Shown here: piece after piece, positions 8,519-18,647 of the stretch
Position numbering within the stretch: the first letter of the stretch is position 1
Layout: each line of letters opens with the position of its first letter
From: an uncultured virus (IMG/VR IMGVR_UViG_3300011969_000080)
Taxonomy: Duplodnaviria > Heunggongvirae > Uroviricota > Caudoviricetes
Virus record (IMG/VR): IMGVR_UViG_3300011969_000080
Strand: one strand, 5' to 3'
Length of the DNA: 64,000 nt
The notes under the pieces: generated by a model
Told to the model about the DNA's origin: nothing
What the model saw: only the letters and a program-made list of their open reading frames with translations
The model's database searches: none
Program-made: the position numbers and the translations under genes

Positions 8519-9583
8519 GTGCAGACCCTCTACGCCACCCGCCCTGTCGACCTCACCGACCCAGACGTAGGTCGGGGGCCGTGTGACCTCACCGCCCTGG
8601 TCGCCGACCTGCCGCTGTCCGACGTGGACGGCTGCCTGGAACTGCTCGAGGCCGAGCGCGTGCCCTTCCTGCGGCAGGAGGGTGCCGAACCCGGCAGCGC
8701 GAAGCGCAACCTCGACGCCGACTTCTACAGCGAGGTCAACGACCAGCTGTTCACCCGTCGGAAGGCCTTGCAGGCGCAGCTGGCCCGGCTCGCCGCTACC
8801 GCCGAGGCCGACATGGCGCCGCTACACAACCTCACCGTCCACCGCACCACCTGCGCGGTCGAGTCGATGACCGAGCTGGTCGTCCGGTTCAACTACGGCA
8901 TGACCCTCAACTACGTCCGGCGCTTCACGAACTGCGTCACCGACGAGAGCGCCGAGGACTTCCAGAGCGCAGCGCTCGTGGGCCTGATGGCCGCGGTCAA
9001 CAGCTTCGACCCGGGCAAAGGCCGGTTCGGCTCGTGGGCGTACAAGCGCATCCAACACGAGGTGCTGCGCGCCGTGCGCGACGCCGACTTCGCCAACATG
9101 AACCAGCACGACTTCGCGCGCCGCCCCGACATCCTGCGCGCCAGGGCCAAGCTCACAGCGGAGGGCGTAGTCCCCACCCATCCGCTGGTGGCTGAGGAGG
9201 CCGGCGTGTCCGCCGAGATGGTCACCCGTGTCCTGGACGCCCCGCGCATCGAGTCGATGAACGTCATCGTGGGCCTGCCCGGGTCGGACACCGAGCTCGG
9301 CGACCTCATCCCCGACTGCGGCCCGGCCGTAGACGCCCAGGTCCTTGCCGCGGCGGACGTGCCCACCCTGGTTGAGCACGGCCTGAACTCACTGGATGCC
9401 CGCGAGCTGTACGTCCTGGCCCGCCGGTTTGGACTGGACGGCGAACCCGCCCAGTGCCTGACCTCCATCGGGGCCCAGCTACACCTGTCCCGTGAGACGG
9501 TCCGCCAGATTGAGTGCCGGGCGATGTCACAGCTTCTGCACCCGGTAACGCTGAGCAAGCTGGCCCGCCAGGGCCCGGCGTAA
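8519..9583 (+). CDS. Divergent RpoD-like sigma-70 factor
   Basis: Region 2 EDFQSAALVGLMAAVNSFDPGKGRFGSWAYKRIQHEVLRAV; region 3.2 ELGDLIPD; region 4 LDARELYVLARRFGLDG..SRETVRQIECRAMSQLLHP. Confidence 0.92.
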   Translation: MQTLYATRPVDLTDPDVGRGPCDLTALVADLPLSDVDGCLELLEAERVPFLRQEGAEPGSAKRNLDADFYSEVNDQLFTRRKALQAQLARLAATAEADMAPLHNLTVHRTTCAVESMTELVVRFNYGMTLNYVRRFTNCVTDESAEDFQSAALVGLMAAVNSFDPGKGRFGSWAYKRIQHEVLRAVRDADFANMNQHDFARRPDILRARAKLTAEGVVPTHPLVAEEAGVSAEMVTRVLDAPRIESMNVIVGLPGSDTELGDLIPDCGPAVDAQVLAAADVPTLVEHGLNSLDARELYVLARRFGLDGEPAQCLTSIGAQLHLSRETVRQIECRAMSQLLHPVTLSKLARQGPA

Positions 9584-9602
9584 CCCGCCGGGGACCGCAC
9601 AC

Positions 9603-10220
9603 TCAGCGGGGCTGAGCTGGTGGCGCGAAGAGGGCGTCGATGATGCCCGCGATCGTGCCCGGGTCCTGGCGGGCCTCCCGCTGGGTGAGCGCCTCAAACA
9701 GGTCCGCTGAACCGTGAGGTCCGCCATGTCGGTATGCATCGTACGCCGCCGACCACGCGACCCGGCACGCCATGCTCGCAGCACCCTGCGCTTTCCGGGT
9801 GGTGACGAGCGCGCGGACCCGGACCCCACCACCGTTGCTGTCGTCCCGGCACCTGTCGTAGGCCGCCCCGCTCGCGGCCACTGCCGCGTGCTCCTGCTGG
9901 GCCGCTGTGACAAACAGGGCCATGGCGTGGGAGGGCGTGTGCCGGACGTACAGGCCAGCCCGCTTCCGGGCGCACCTTTCGCAGGTTTGCCACCCGGGCG
10001 CAGTCGCTACCCAGTTTCCCTCGCGCACCCTGCCGACTAGTTCAAGGTTGATGAGGCCGCGGGCCGCCAGTGCCTGGACGGTGCGGGTACGCAGCCCCTC
10101 GCCACGGCGGACGACACCACGCTCCTGGACAGTGGCCAGCGCGCGGCTCTGGCCCACAGACAGCGTGCGGCCCCGGGCAGCGGCCAGCCCAGCGCGTGGC
10201 CGCCGCTGGTTCGTGGGCAC
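9603..10220 (-). CDS. Hypothetical protein (wHTH-like N-terminus, CxxC)
   Basis: GTG after AAGGAG; RTVQALAARGLI; promoter TTGCGT-N16-CAGGGT at 10295-10268. Confidence 0.55.
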   Translation of the reverse strand: MPTNQRRPRAGLAAARGRTLSVGQSRALATVQERGVVRRGEGLRTRTVQALAARGLINLELVGRVREGNWVATAPGWQTCERCARKRAGLYVRHTPSHAMALFVTAAQQEHAAVAASGAAYDRCRDDSNGGGVRVRALVTTRKAQGAASMACRVAWSAAYDAYRHGGPHGSADLFEALTQREARQDPGTIAGIIDALFAPPAQPR

Positions 10221-10307
10221 GTGGGGCTCCTTGGGTGTCCACCGGGGACGTCCGGCTTCTAGGTAAGACCCTGTCGGCGGGCGCCGCGAACGCAAGCCCC
10301 GGCGACC

Positions 10308-11393
10308 TCAGTCGCCCATCGGCAGGGCTGGCGGGGTTCCCGCTACCGCCGCCTCGGCGTGCCGGATACGGCCTTCCAGCAGCGGAATGTACTCGGCGCC
10401 CAACTCACAGCCGATGAACGGGAAGCCGGCACCCACTGCGGCCACGCCGGTAGTGCCACTGCCCATAAACGGGTCCAGGACCGTGCCGCCCGGCGGAGTG
10501 AGCATCGCTATAAGCCATTCGGCTACGCGGGTGGGCTTTACGGATGGGTGATTGGGGACGCCGTCTGGCACACCCAGCCGCTTCACCTTCCCGATGGGCT
10601 TCTTGCAGTACATGAAGCCGGGGTCGCCGTCCAGGCCCGGTTCCCAATTGACCCGGGTGAAGAAGCGGGACGCCCCGCCAGTGTCGCCATACGTGGTGTT
10701 GGACACGACGCCCGGCTTGGTCTTCCCACGGCTCGGCCCGTCGTAGCCGCGGGTCTCCTGCCCGGCCTTCATCAGGCCGCTGGTAAGGACCCCGGACTGC
10801 CTATCCAGCACCCCCGCCGCGAAGTCGTCGAGCAGCACGTTACTGGGCCAGCGTCCGGCCTCCCCGACCCGGCAGGCGTCCACGAACAGCTCCCCCGTGC
10901 CGTACAGGGCCACATTCTCCTTGCAGGTGCCGGCACACGGTTTGCGGGCCAGCAGGATGGGCTCGTGGGCGGGCTTCATCGCGCCCGCCTGTGGGCTGCC
11001 GGTGCCGTAGAGCCACTCGGCCATGTCGCGTATCTCGAACCCGGCGAGGCGAATCGATATGCCCATCAGGTAGGCAGTTCTCGCTCCGGCGAACGCGGCC
11101 AGGAACCCGCCTGGCTTCAGGACGCGCAGCACCTCGGCCCACAGCGCCGGCGGTGGCACGAACCGGTCCCAGCTGTGGCCCATGAAGCCACGGCCTGTGG
11201 GCATCGCGGCGGGGTCGTCGGTCAGCCAGGACAGCATCACTGCCTTCTCCTGCGCCAGGCTGATGTGGGAGAGCCCATACGGCGGGTCGCAGACGACCGA
11301 GTCGACGGAGCAGTCGGGCAGCTCTTTGAGCCGGTCCAGCGCGTCGCCTACAAGGACGACGCCGGTGCGGAACTGGATGGTGGTGGGGGTCAT
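10308..11393 (-). CDS. N4/N6 DNA methyltransferase (beta-class order)
   Basis: SVDSVVCDPPY before HPSVKP..VLDPFMGSGTTG; leaderless ATG at 11393. Confidence 0.9.
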   Translation of the reverse strand: MTPTTIQFRTGVVLVGDALDRLKELPDCSVDSVVCDPPYGLSHISLAQEKAVMLSWLTDDPAAMPTGRGFMGHSWDRFVPPPALWAEVLRVLKPGGFLAAFAGARTAYLMGISIRLAGFEIRDMAEWLYGTGSPQAGAMKPAHEPILLARKPCAGTCKENVALYGTGELFVDACRVGEAGRWPSNVLLDDFAAGVLDRQSGVLTSGLMKAGQETRGYDGPSRGKTKPGVVSNTTYGDTGGASRFFTRVNWEPGLDGDPGFMYCKKPIGKVKRLGVPDGVPNHPSVKPTRVAEWLIAMLTPPGGTVLDPFMGSGTTGVAAVGAGFPFIGCELGAEYIPLLEGRIRHAEAAVAGTPPALPMGD

Positions 11394-11724
11394 GGCGGGG
11401 ACCGTGGGGGCTGGGCCTAAAAGGGCACGGATCCGCTCCGCGGGCGAGCGCAGCACGAAGGGACGCTCGCGGTGAGCGTCCCTTCGGACAACCGGGCCTA
11501 TACCCGTAACACTGGTCAAATCGTCAAGGTGCGGTTCCCTGGGGTTCCGCGACGACGGGTGCCCAGCGGGGTGATAACCCCTACAGGTCCGCCGATACTG
11601 GCGGCCCCGCTGAACCCCCTTGGCGAGGCGGCACCCCCAACACACCGGCAGCTACCCGGCGGGCCAGTTCACGGCCTCGCTGATTACCACTGTGGGTGCT
11701 GCACGCGGCAGTGCAACCCCGGGC

Positions 11725-12405
11725 CTACGGACGGGCGGGCGCTGACATGGCCGCCAGGGCCACCGCGACCAGCTCGTCCGGCGACCCGTTGAGGGTGTGG
11801 AACAGCTGGCACGCCACCCGCCACGCGTCGTCGGGCAGCCCGCTGATCGCCAACTGGCGTAGCGCCCGCGTGAGCTCCGCCCTCGTCCACTCTCCGTGAT
11901 TCATGCGCATAGGCTCCCCGTTGGCCTGCCACCCGTCGAGGGCGTACCCGCGAGTAGCCTGGTCCAGGCGGAGCAGGGCCTGGAGTCTGCGCTCAGCGGG
12001 GTTTCGGCCCGAGGACCGCTGCCAGGCCTCCACGACGACGACAGCGGGCTGAAACTCCGCCCGCCTCTCCCCGAACATCTGCGCCCACCTACGTGCCGGC
12101 GCCCCCGTGCGGCCTGTTCCCCAGTCAAGGAGACGCGGGTCGCCCACACCCCAGTCGTTCCAGCGGGTCGTCCACGCGTGGACTCCCTTGATAGAGGGCG
12201 TGATCTGCAGCGCGTACTCCGCTTCGGGCCGCGGGTAGTGGCCCAGCGTTACGCCATAGCCCCCACCCAGGTCGACCGTGGTCCCCACGAGGGGGTCGAG
12301 CAGCGCCCGCACCGCGTCGGCGAAGCCGTGCAGGTCGTCGGGGGTTTGGGGAACGGGCCACAGCTCGGGTGCCGTTGCCAGTGCAGTTGAGGAGGGCGCG
12401 CGCAT
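11725..12405 (-). CDS. Hypothetical protein, C-terminal module family
   Basis: GRNPAERRLQALL; LAISGLPDDAWRVACQLFHTLNGSPDELVAVALAA. Confidence 0.7.
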   Translation of the reverse strand: MRAPSSTALATAPELWPVPQTPDDLHGFADAVRALLDPLVGTTVDLGGGYGVTLGHYPRPEAEYALQITPSIKGVHAWTTRWNDWGVGDPRLLDWGTGRTGAPARRWAQMFGERRAEFQPAVVVVEAWQRSSGRNPAERRLQALLRLDQATRGYALDGWQANGEPMRMNHGEWTRAELTRALRQLAISGLPDDAWRVACQLFHTLNGSPDELVAVALAAMSAPARP

Positions 12406-12698
12406 GGCCTCCACCATGTCGGCGCCAACGTGAAACGCAAGCGCCCTGCCCGCGGACCACGCGGGCGCACTCCCGTGTTTCCTGGCCGAGCCCACTACCG
12501 GCCCCGCCGCGGGGGCAGCACGAGGGCCCCACCGTGGCGGGGCCCTCGTTGGTAGAGCTCAGCGCCTCTCCCGGTGTGCCGGGGGTTGGTGCGCCGCTGC
12601 GATCCGACACCACCCACTGTGCGGGCCGAGACCGCCTGCGCAAGCAGTGCATGCGGGGCCGGCCCGGAAGCGTCAAGCGACCGCGGGGCGGGCCGGCG

Positions 12699-13496
12699 TC
12701 ACGAGTGCAGGCATCTGCCCCGGGGGCACAGCGGCGCGCCGACCGGGTGCGGTGGGCGGCGCATCGTCCACCTGGGAACACCGAACCTGACGTCACGCCC
12801 CACCGTCTGAAAGCACACCGACGTGAACGCGGCACACTTACCCTCCGCATGGGTACGCAGCCAGACCGCCGTGCCGGCTGCGTCGGCGCTGCGAAGCATC
12901 GGCTGAAGCAGCGGAGCGAGCTGACCTTTCCTGGTCTCCCGGGTGGCAACGTTGTGAAGGAGCCACGCCCCGGTCTGCTTGGGCGCCCCCGGCCCGCGAA
13001 CCGCCCGGGTCCGACCTGGCCTGATGCACGCCCAGACCACGCCGGGGAGGCCAGCAAACAGTAGGGACACGACAACCACCAGCCCGACCCGCGGCGGCAG
13101 CCCGACCAGGGAGGCCGCGATCGCGGCCAGCATCAGCCCCCCGATCAGTGGGAGCACGAAAGCCACCAACCCCGCGACCACGAAGACAGCCACGCCAGCG
13201 ACCTCCCGGCCACTCCGGTGGCACGCCGTGGCGCGCCTGCCCCAGGTAGCCGCGCCAAGCGTGGGGTCGTACACAAGAGAACCGGCAACTGCCGCTCCCA
13301 GAGAGCTGGGGACATGACCAGCGAGCAACACCGGGAGCCGCAGCCACCGCAGCGGAAACAGCCGCCGCCACATCGGATCGTCGGCCAACCGGTGCGTGAA
13401 TAACCACGCGGCCCCCACACCGCTCGTCAACATCCGCGGCCGCGCACGCCGCCAAGCGTCATGGGCTGTGTGAAACGTGCCGGGAAGGGTGCTCAT
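12699..13496 (-). CDS. Membrane protein with a GNAT-like C-terminal domain
   Basis: Three TM segments, then AWLLHNVAT..RKGQLAPLL..ADAAGTAVWLRT..FQTV. Confidence 0.55.
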   Translation of the reverse strand: MSTLPGTFHTAHDAWRRARPRMLTSGVGAAWLFTHRLADDPMWRRLFPLRWLRLPVLLAGHVPSSLGAAVAGSLVYDPTLGAATWGRRATACHRSGREVAGVAVFVVAGLVAFVLPLIGGLMLAAIAASLVGLPPRVGLVVVVSLLFAGLPGVVWACIRPGRTRAVRGPGAPKQTGAWLLHNVATRETRKGQLAPLLQPMLRSADAAGTAVWLRTHAEGKCAAFTSVCFQTVGRDVRFGVPRWTMRRPPHPVGAPLCPRGRCLHS

Positions 13497-13571
13497 GCCA
13501 CTGACCGTGGGAGGCCGCCACGGCAACGCCAGCTTCCCGGTGGGGCCGCCCAGCTGCGCGGCCGAGTGGGG

Positions 13572-14233
13572 TCAGACGGCCCAGAACGTGCCGGCGTCTG
13601 TGACGTACGCGGCTGTGCGACCCCGCCAGTACAGGACGCCGCCGGTGCCCACCGGCAGGGTGCCTGCCTTGTAGATGATGAAGGTGAGCTTGACGCCCTC
13701 GTTCGTGGCGGCGACGCGCAGGAGCCGCACGCCCTCGCGGCCAGCGCCACAGTCCTCGTCAACGGCCACTTCGGCGAGCTCGCCGGCCACCCCGGCCAGT
13801 ACCCCCAGCGCCCGGCGGCAGTGTCGCGCCTCGAGGGCAGACCTCGTGGAGACAGCTGCGAACACGGCAGCCCCGACGGCCGCCAGGGTGGGCTCCAGCC
13901 ACGCCGGCTCGAGCCGGTAAGCCGACGGCCTAACCGGGTGTGTCGTATTTCCGACTGGTCCCGTGCTGCGCCGCAGGGGATCTCGCGGCTCGGGCACCAC
14001 CAGGCCTGGGATCTCGGCGTGATCGCTCGCTCATCAGGGCGCTGACCTGCGGAAACGCCCGGATCTAATCCGACACACCCGGTAAGACCCCACACTGCAA
14101 AGAGGGCCGACACGAATGCGAACAGCAGAGCCGCGGGGACGAAGCGCCCGGCGAAGGCGGCAACCAGGTCACGCTGGTCGGCAGCTTCTGGCGTGCCAAA
14201 CTTGCCAGGGGACGGGTACGCGGGGTCTCTCAT
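13572..14233 (-). pseudogene. Membrane protein gene split by MITE-T; paralog of 14353-14826
   Basis: Excising 13934-14082 plus one TAA fuses AVWGL-RPSAYRLE in frame; shares EAADQRDL and the GT.G.LY..G C-terminus with its neighbour. Confidence 0.85.
13934..14082. mobile_element. 149-bp MITE-T copy 1
   Basis: TIR CCGGGTGTGTCG/CGACACACCCGG, 3-bp TSD TAA; second copy at 46886. Confidence 0.92.
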
Positions 14234-14352
14234 GTGGCCTACCGTTGGGGCTCCCGCGACGAGGACAAGGGGCAGCTGTGTGGCGGCTGGACTGAAACCA
14301 GAGTTGCCCTTATCCCGGATAACGGCTACTCCGGTGTCAGTTGACAGCGGGG

Positions 14353-14826
14353 TCAGGCGCCCCAGTAGGTGCGGTCAGCGGTAACGAGCGCGCCGGCCCC
14401 GCCCTGCCGGTACAGCATTCCCCGCGTACCTGACGCGACGCGCCGGCCCCGGTGCCAGTGCAGCTGCAAGAGCGCATCCGGCCCGCCATTGTCAGGCCGC
14501 ACGACCCTCGCAACCCACACGCCATGCCACTCCGTGCCGAGCACTGTCACAGCGTTCCCCGGGGCGCCGTCAAGAACCCCTGGGGCTTTGCTATACCGCC
14601 GCGCGCTGCGGATAAACAGCAGAGACGACGCCAGGCAGAAATACGCAGGGGCCGGGCCGGCGTCGGGAAGCAGGATGGGTTCCGCGCCGCGTGAGAGGGA
14701 GATCAGGGTGGCTGCACCAACAGCCACGTAGAGGATCGCCAACCCGACGGCCCAGGCAAACTGGGAGTAGAGGTCACGCTGGTCTGCGGCTTCGGCTACG
14801 CCGAACATCCGGGAGTGTGTGGTCAT
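14353..14826 (-). CDS. Membrane protein
   Basis: Leaderless ATG after TTGCGT-N16-CACGGT; two TM segments. Confidence 0.7.
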   Translation of the reverse strand: MTTHSRMFGVAEAADQRDLYSQFAWAVGLAILYVAVGAATLISLSRGAEPILLPDAGPAPAYFCLASSLLFIRSARRYSKAPGVLDGAPGNAVTVLGTEWHGVWVARVVRPDNGGPDALLQLHWHRGRRVASGTRGMLYRQGGAGALVTADRTYWGA

Positions 14827-14950
14827 GCCCTGTACCGTGGCCGCGCGGGGTGACAACGCAACCCCAGGCTGGCGTGCTCCCCAACTACGTGGGTACGAAA
14901 CTCTGCACCTGACCGGATCCGCGGGCAGGATGCCACAGGTCGGCGCCGGC

Positions 14951-15226
14951 CTACTTCTTGTGCTTCTTTGACGCCGGGCGCTCCTGCTTGGACTGTAGGT
15001 ACGCCACGTGCTCCGCATCCGACTGCCTGATGAGTGCGGCTTCCTTGGCTTCCGCCCGGGCCGCCTGATCGGCCCTGTACCAGATGCCGTACGCCACGTT
15101 CTCCCGGCCGCTCCTGGCTGCGCGGCGGTCCATGAGTTTGCCCCACCCCAGCATCGGCAGGCCGATGCCGTAGACCATGCCGAGCGCGTACAACACGAAC
15201 CGGACGTTGAACTCGGCGTTGCTCAC
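14951..15226 (-). CDS. Small membrane protein
   Basis: GTG after AGGAGG; one TM and a charged tail. Confidence 0.55.
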   Translation of the reverse strand: MSNAEFNVRFVLYALGMVYGIGLPMLGWGKLMDRRAARSGRENVAYGIWYRADQAARAEAKEAALIRQSDAEHVAYLQSKQERPASKKHKK

Positions 15227-15452
15227 GGGGAGCCTCCTGACGTTAGCCGGGAGGTGTTCCCGGCACCCACTACCGTGTCCGCGACAGGGGCTGCCGCAAG
15301 GGCTCGGGGCGAACATCTTCCGGGCCGCACCGCCGCCCGTGTCGAGTGTCCCGGCGGGCGCCGACTGCCCGGTATGAGATCTGCCGGTTAGGAACTATGC
15401 GATTCACCGGTTAGGGGGCCGCGAGCAGCGGTGGCGTGCCCCCGGCGCCCGG

Positions 15453-16004
15453 TCAGGTGATTGAGCGGAGCAGCACGCGCCGGGTCGGGGTGACCAGCAG
15501 CAGGAAGCCGTTGGCGAGGATCTGCGACCAGTACGGTGACCCTTTCAGGTAAAGTCCGCTGAGGGGCGTGCCGGCTGCGTCGCACACGCCCAGGCTGTAA
15601 GCGTCGGCAATGAAGTGGGTGGCCCGGTCGAGGAGGACCGACGGGTCGTCCAAGATCAGCGAGGGAAGGGGCCCGCGCAGCACGGTTGCGAGCTGCGACC
15701 TGGGTGCTGGCGGCATGAGCGCAGCCACGAGTGGGAAGCTGAGGATCCGGGCGGGTCCCACAAGGCTTACCGTGTGCGTGGTGAGCAGGTCAGTGACGTG
15801 CGCCTCGGTCACGCCGTCCGGCACCAGGTAGGACACCAGCGACACCCCTCGCGCGTCCAGCACAGTCACGACGGCGTTATCGATACTGGTTGACGCGTAC
15901 ATGACGGCGTGCGAGCCCACCTCAGCCAGGGCGCCCATGAGCCCCGCGTTGTCGTCGGTGTAGAGGACGGTGGTGGTTGGGGTGTCGTACTGCGGGGCGC
16001 TCAT
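15453..16004 (-). CDS. Hypothetical protein, paralog of 38411-38989
   Basis: Shared APQYDTPT..LILDDPSVLLDRATHFIADA..GFLLL; shared leader. Confidence 0.75.
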   Translation of the reverse strand: MSAPQYDTPTTTVLYTDDNAGLMGALAEVGSHAVMYASTSIDNAVVTVLDARGVSLVSYLVPDGVTEAHVTDLLTTHTVSLVGPARILSFPLVAALMPPAPRSQLATVLRGPLPSLILDDPSVLLDRATHFIADAYSLGVCDAAGTPLSGLYLKGSPYWSQILANGFLLLVTPTRRVLLRSIT

Positions 16005-16335
16005 GGCGGGCCTTCCAGGTGTGGTGCCCGCCATCGTGGGGGCCCCCGGGCCGCGAGCAACCGCGGCACCCGCCGCGTGAGTCGGGCGAGCGCGTGGCCC
16101 CCGGGGAAGGCAGAAGGCCCGCCGCGAGAGCTCAGTCGCGGGGGCCTTCCTGACAGCACACAGGTCTGGTAGCGAACTTCCCGGCACTGCCCTACGGGCT
16201 TGACGGGACGGCGATTCCACCAGACCTGCGTGCTGCGTACTGTGGGGGCCCGTTTCTCGATCTGCGCGCCGCCTCCGCAAACTTTCTCAGTGGGGTCTCC
16301 CGGCGTGGCCCCCGCTGCTGGCCGGCCGCACGGGG

Positions 16336-17013
16336 TCAGGCGGTGTCTTCCCAGTACTCTTCTGCCTCTTCCATGGTGAGGACGCGAGTCACCCGCATGG
16401 TGGGGACGTCAACGAGGACACGCCCGCTGCGCGGCTCAAAGCCCAGGTGCCGGTTAGCTGCACGGAGCAGCGCGGTCCCGTCAGCGACGGCGGACGGGTT
16501 GGCACTGAATGGGACGGTGGTCCCGTCTGGCATCTTGAGGACGTATGGGCGGCTCCGGCCGACGAGACGTGGCCGCTTGACGATGGTCTGCCCGCGGGTG
16601 TTTGTGCGGTCTGTGACCGTGCATGACAAGCTGACGGCGGCCCCCACTTCGGCGTCCAAAAGCACCCCATAGGCGATGTACTGCGCACCGTCAGGGGCGG
16701 TGAGGATGGTCGAGTCTTCGCTGGTCACCCACTTGCCGAAGTTGTAGTGGCCGGCCACCGGGTAGCTAGCCTTTCGGGTGAGGACCAGGGGGAGTGTGGC
16801 CTTGCCTGGGGCGGCCGGGGTGGGTGGGCGCTCGTGAGGGGCCAGCACAGGTGCCAGTGCTGGGCCGAAGCCCCTTTTCGTGGTGGGGGCCGCGACGGAG
16901 CGCCCGTGCTTACCGCAGTCCGTGCCCACAATCACCGTGTTCTTGCACCGGGTGGTGTCGCGGTTCTTCCGCGTGCAGCGGGTGGCCTTGCCCGTGGGTG
17001 TGTTCTTACTCAT
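16336..17013 (-). CDS. Hypothetical protein (N-terminal C-C-C-H Zn motif)
   Basis: Leaderless ATG 7 nt after CACGGT; RCT..RCKN..CGKH. Confidence 0.65.
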   Translation of the reverse strand: MSKNTPTGKATRCTRKNRDTTRCKNTVIVGTDCGKHGRSVAAPTTKRGFGPALAPVLAPHERPPTPAAPGKATLPLVLTRKASYPVAGHYNFGKWVTSEDSTILTAPDGAQYIAYGVLLDAEVGAAVSLSCTVTDRTNTRGQTIVKRPRLVGRSRPYVLKMPDGTTVPFSANPSAVADGTALLRAANRHLGFEPRSGRVLVDVPTMRVTRVLTMEEAEEYWEDTA

Positions 17014-17385
17014 GGGGGAGACCGTGGGCGTCGTCGCCGTCGTCCGGTAGCCGGTCGTAGGCACGCCGCGGACTGAACACGGCCTGGGTGATCGCTACGG
17101 CCTCGGGCACGGTGGGCCCCACGAACCCCCCATCAAGGCGGTCTTGCACGAGGTGCCACAGGAGCTCGGCGGCCGCAACCCCGTGTGCGTCCGCGAGGGC
17201 CCCAGCGACGGGCTCGACGGACCAGTGCCACTCGTGTTCCGCCTCCGACATCCCCTCAAAGCCGGCGTCGTCGGCGGCCTGGATGCCGAGACGTGCCGTG
17301 TCAAAGGCGTGGTTGTCGGTACGCGCCATGCACCACATGTACGCCACGGCCTCCTCGGCGAGCGCCTCGGCCAGGGTGACCACGG

Positions 17386-17604
17386 CTACGCCGCCCACGC
17401 GGCGCCGCACCGCACCGTCAGCAGTGTGAAGAGGACCGCCTGTGCGCCCCACACGCCGCCGGCAACAGCCACGGTTGGGGCGAGTGCGAGACCGGCCACA
17501 ACGCCGATGCCCACGGTGGTCGCAAAGAGGAAGCCAAAGATGCCCAGGCAGAGCAGGGTCACGCGGGTCAGTCGGCGGGCCAGCGGCCAAGTTTTCGTTT
17601 CCAT
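17386..17604 (-). CDS. Small membrane protein
   Basis: Leaderless ATG 7 nt after CACTGT; hydrophobic. Confidence 0.55.
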   Translation of the reverse strand: METKTWPLARRLTRVTLLCLGIFGFLFATTVGIGVVAGLALAPTVAVAGGVWGAQAVLFTLLTVRCGAAWAA

Positions 17605-17675
17605 GTACACCACAGTGCGCGCACACGCGCGGAGCACAACCCCCTGAAAACAGCCACCCCTGCTGCCGCGACCCA

Positions 17676-18041
17676 CTACCAGGCCAGCGTGGCTCCGCGC
17701 TGCCGCGGGCCCGACCCAACGCCGGGCTTCACGTCGGCGGCCATGGCGTCGAGCTCCGCGCACTCCTCCGCGGTCTCCGGGGTGTGCCTAGTGGTTCGGC
17801 TCATCCCGGGGTTGGCGTCAGTCCACGCCGCGAACGCCGCGCCCGCCGTGGGGTACCCGGTTGCCACCCACCAGAACGTGCCCATGTCGTACTCAGCGTC
17901 CCACTCGTAGTCACCGTCGAGGGGCACGTAGTAGTCGAAGTGACCAAGGCTCCACGTGCCGTCAGCAGACTGCCAGACTACGTTTTCGCGGTTGAGGCTC
18001 ACGGTGTGCTCCTGCAGGTAGGTGAGCGGACGTCCGCTCAT
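17676..18041 (-). CDS. Hypothetical protein
   Basis: Aromatic/acidic protein-like ORF. Confidence 0.6.
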   Translation of the reverse strand: MSGRPLTYLQEHTVSLNRENVVWQSADGTWSLGHFDYYVPLDGDYEWDAEYDMGTFWWVATGYPTAGAAFAAWTDANPGMSRTTRHTPETAEECAELDAMAADVKPGVGSGPRQRGATLAW

Positions 18042-18236
18042 CTACTACCTTTGCCGCGCGGGCCGCCATCGCAAGCCCCTGCGCAGCGGGCACCCGGCAC
18101 GGGGGGCACCACGGCACTACTTCGCAGGAAATACCTACCGCTGATCGGCGCCTACGGCCTTGCGTTGCCGGCGATGCCCCAACGGTAGGTGGTAGCGGAA
18201 AATCCGCGCAGCACCCACCCGAAACAGGGGCACCCC

Positions 18237-18491
18237 ATGACCGCCCCCACCACCTGCGACGCAGCACCCGCCGCCACGCCCGAGATCATGGGCACCTACG
18301 GCGGCCGCCTCTTCAACGCCGCAGGCACCCGCCTCTGCCAGCCGCGCTGCGATGTCTGCAACCACACCATAAAGGTGGACGACGGGGAGAAGTGGGTAAT
18401 GCTGGCAGAGGGCGTGCTGCACGAGTTCTCCGCTGTTGTGTGTGTCCCGTGTAACCAGGCCAGGCTGGCCGCGCCCACCGCCGCTGCCTGA
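18237..18491 (+). CDS. Small CxxC zinc-binding protein
   Basis: CDVC..CVPC; TTGCGT-N15-AACGGT upstream. Confidence 0.55.
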   Translation: MTAPTTCDAAPAATPEIMGTYGGRLFNAAGTRLCQPRCDVCNHTIKVDDGEKWVMLAEGVLHEFSAVVCVPCNQARLAAPTAAA

Positions 18492-18647
18492 CCGCGCCCC
18501 GGACGAGCTGGCCGACCTGTTGCAACCTGTCCGCGGATCTGGTCAGGTGCCGGCGCAGCGCACCCCCTTGCGAGCGCTGACGTCGCCGCAACTGTCCATG
18601 GGTAGCGGGGGACGCCCGCGCAGACAACCACGCCCGACGGGAGGGCC

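Noticed and set aside
7197..11393. Restriction-modification systems
   Set aside because: No recognisable restriction endonuclease lies next to either methyltransferase; they look like orphans.
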